From Rotaria sp. (Eukaryota): DNA of 34,604 bases. Made by a program: the position numbers and the translations under genes. The notes under the pieces are model-generated. The model was not told the DNA's origin. It made no database searches and worked only from the letters and a program-made list of their open reading frames with translations. Shown here one piece after another: positions 33,757-34,604 of this stretch. The DNA lies in contig CAJNUA010000005.1 in assembly GCA_905330235.1 (NCBI GenBank), forward strand, positions 400,093 to 434,696, in the 5' to 3' direction. Each line of letters begins with the position of its first letter. Position 1 is the first letter of the stretch.

Positions 33757-34158
33757 TTATGGAAAATTTAAACACATATTGTCCATTGCAAAATGTTTAT
33801 CACTCCCATTTATGCTTGGATCTCTTAAACCACCATATGATATAAACTTCACAACGTCTACTATAGTGAACTCATTGAACACTAGATGGGATAATGCGAA
33901 TACTTGAAGAGTGAAAGTTACACTCACAATAACTGTGCCAGCATAATAACCAACAATACTCAATTGTAAATTATGATACCATGAAGCAGCAGCAACTGCA
34001 ACAGAGGGCAATGCAAATACACTGCTATTGGTACTTGTAAGAATCAGTGAATGGGTAAATTCATTTAAAAGGACATTTGGCATTCTTACGATGACTGTAT
34101 CATATCCACTTGCATTTGCACTTGCAACATAAATGTATTCATATGTAAAATTTGCCAT
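33757..34158 (-). CDS. ORF or exon encoding a hydrophobic, probably multi-pass membrane segment (MANFTYEYIYVASANASGYDTVIVRMPNVLLNEFTHSLILTST...VAVAAASWYHNLQLSIVGYYAGTVIVSVTFTLQVFALSHLVF...). Gene structure not resolved
   Basis: The 133-codon open frame shows hydrophobic periodicity typical of TM helices. No family was recognised and the flanking exons were not traced. Confidence 0.3.
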   Translation of the reverse strand: MANFTYEYIYVASANASGYDTVIVRMPNVLLNEFTHSLILTSTNSSVFALPSVAVAAASWYHNLQLSIVGYYAGTVIVSVTFTLQVFALSHLVFNEFTIVDVVKFISYGGLRDPSINGSDKHFAMDNMCLNFP

Positions 34159-34204
34159 GTTGGCAACCTAAAAAAGGAAGTGCAATAGAAATTGATTTAG
34201 ATGA

Positions 34205-34604
34205 AAATGTCTTCCGGTTTAAGTACCGGGTGTCCGGAAAGTTTCCTACAAAAACCAAAATTATATAGCTTCATCCTAGTTAGACTACTAAATGATCTTA
34301 TTTTTTTCTGATGATAGAGGAAGGTTCTAAGTTTGTATTCATCAGCAAAAAGTTTATTAACCTAACTCAAAACTATTATTATCTAACGGGTGTCCCAGAA
34401 TAAATTATACCATTCGTATTTTGAGTATAACTCTTCTATTATCCATTAGATCGGGACATCTTTTTATACTAAAAGATAGCGCTTGAAATTCTCTACAAAA
34501 TTATATATGACTAGTCCCAAAAACTGTCTTAGATATATTTGAAAAAAGATGAAAAGTAACGACATATAAAAAGCTGTAAAAAATAACGGGTTGGACATAA
34601 TGAA
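34205..34604. repeat. Degenerate tandem-like repeat with a ~170-200-bp period. Units are marked by the acgggtgtcc motif at ~34219, ~34388 and ~34595, and a related motif is at 12300
   Basis: The motifs ccgggtgtccggaaag, acgggtgtcccagaat and acgggttggacat recur at roughly regular spacing. Partially similar stretches lie between them (ctacaaaaaccaaaattatatagcttcatcctagt and ctacaaaattatatatgactagtcccaaaaactgtcttag). The repeat is truncated by the window end. Confidence 0.4.

Noticed and set aside
1-34604. Prokaryotic-style features (CRISPR arrays, operons, RBS, rho-independent terminators, tRNA/rRNA)
   Set aside because: The window is clearly eukaryotic nuclear DNA with spliced genes. No cloverleaf-compatible tRNA-like or rRNA-like segments were noticed, and no direct-repeat/spacer array is present.

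Overview
This is AT-rich (~70% A+T) metazoan nuclear DNA with short GT-AG introns, mostly 38-80 nt, and no prokaryotic features. Hand-spliced gene models show nine protein-coding genes and one unassigned transmembrane ORF (33757..34158, -), eight of the genes on the minus strand. On the plus strand there is a complete high-affinity choline transporter gene (4 exons, 1090..3113). On the minus strand, in coordinate order: (1) a DUF547-domain gene, 6 exons, complement 3628..5016; (2) a conserved 4-exon hypothetical gene, complement 8552..9698; (3) a fatty-acid-binding protein gene, 4 exons, complement 13855..14467; (4) a gene whose product resembles a nuclear-receptor ligand-binding domain, complement 15241..15909, with no DNA-binding-domain exons found; (5) a gene encoding a ~310-aa Q/P/FG-rich disordered region fused to an Hsp70 substrate-binding-domain (SBD-beta) homologue with no ATPase domain, complement 16860..18775; (6) a complete 19-exon vault poly(ADP-ribose) polymerase (PARP4-like: BRCT, WGR-like, PARP regulatory and catalytic, VIT, vWA) gene, complement 18981..26464, whose only long intron (~1.6 kb) carries a nested foldback element; (7) a gene with two UBA domains and a C-terminal STI1/DP-like motif, complement 26913..28613; (8) a Gln/His/Ala-rich gene with an N-terminal Cys/His cluster, complement 29985..30923. 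The gene-poor, repeat-rich stretch at 10.3-13.8 kb holds a second foldback element of the same family built around an (AT)11 core. Other repeats are a 23-bp tandem repeat, a (CT)n microsatellite and a degenerate ~170-200-bp repeat at the 3' end of the window. Vault PARP is absent from C. elegans and Drosophila; together with the base composition and the mix of mini-introns this points to a platyhelminth-like genome (inference). All coordinates were derived by hand reverse-complementation and may be off by 1-3 nt at splice junctions.
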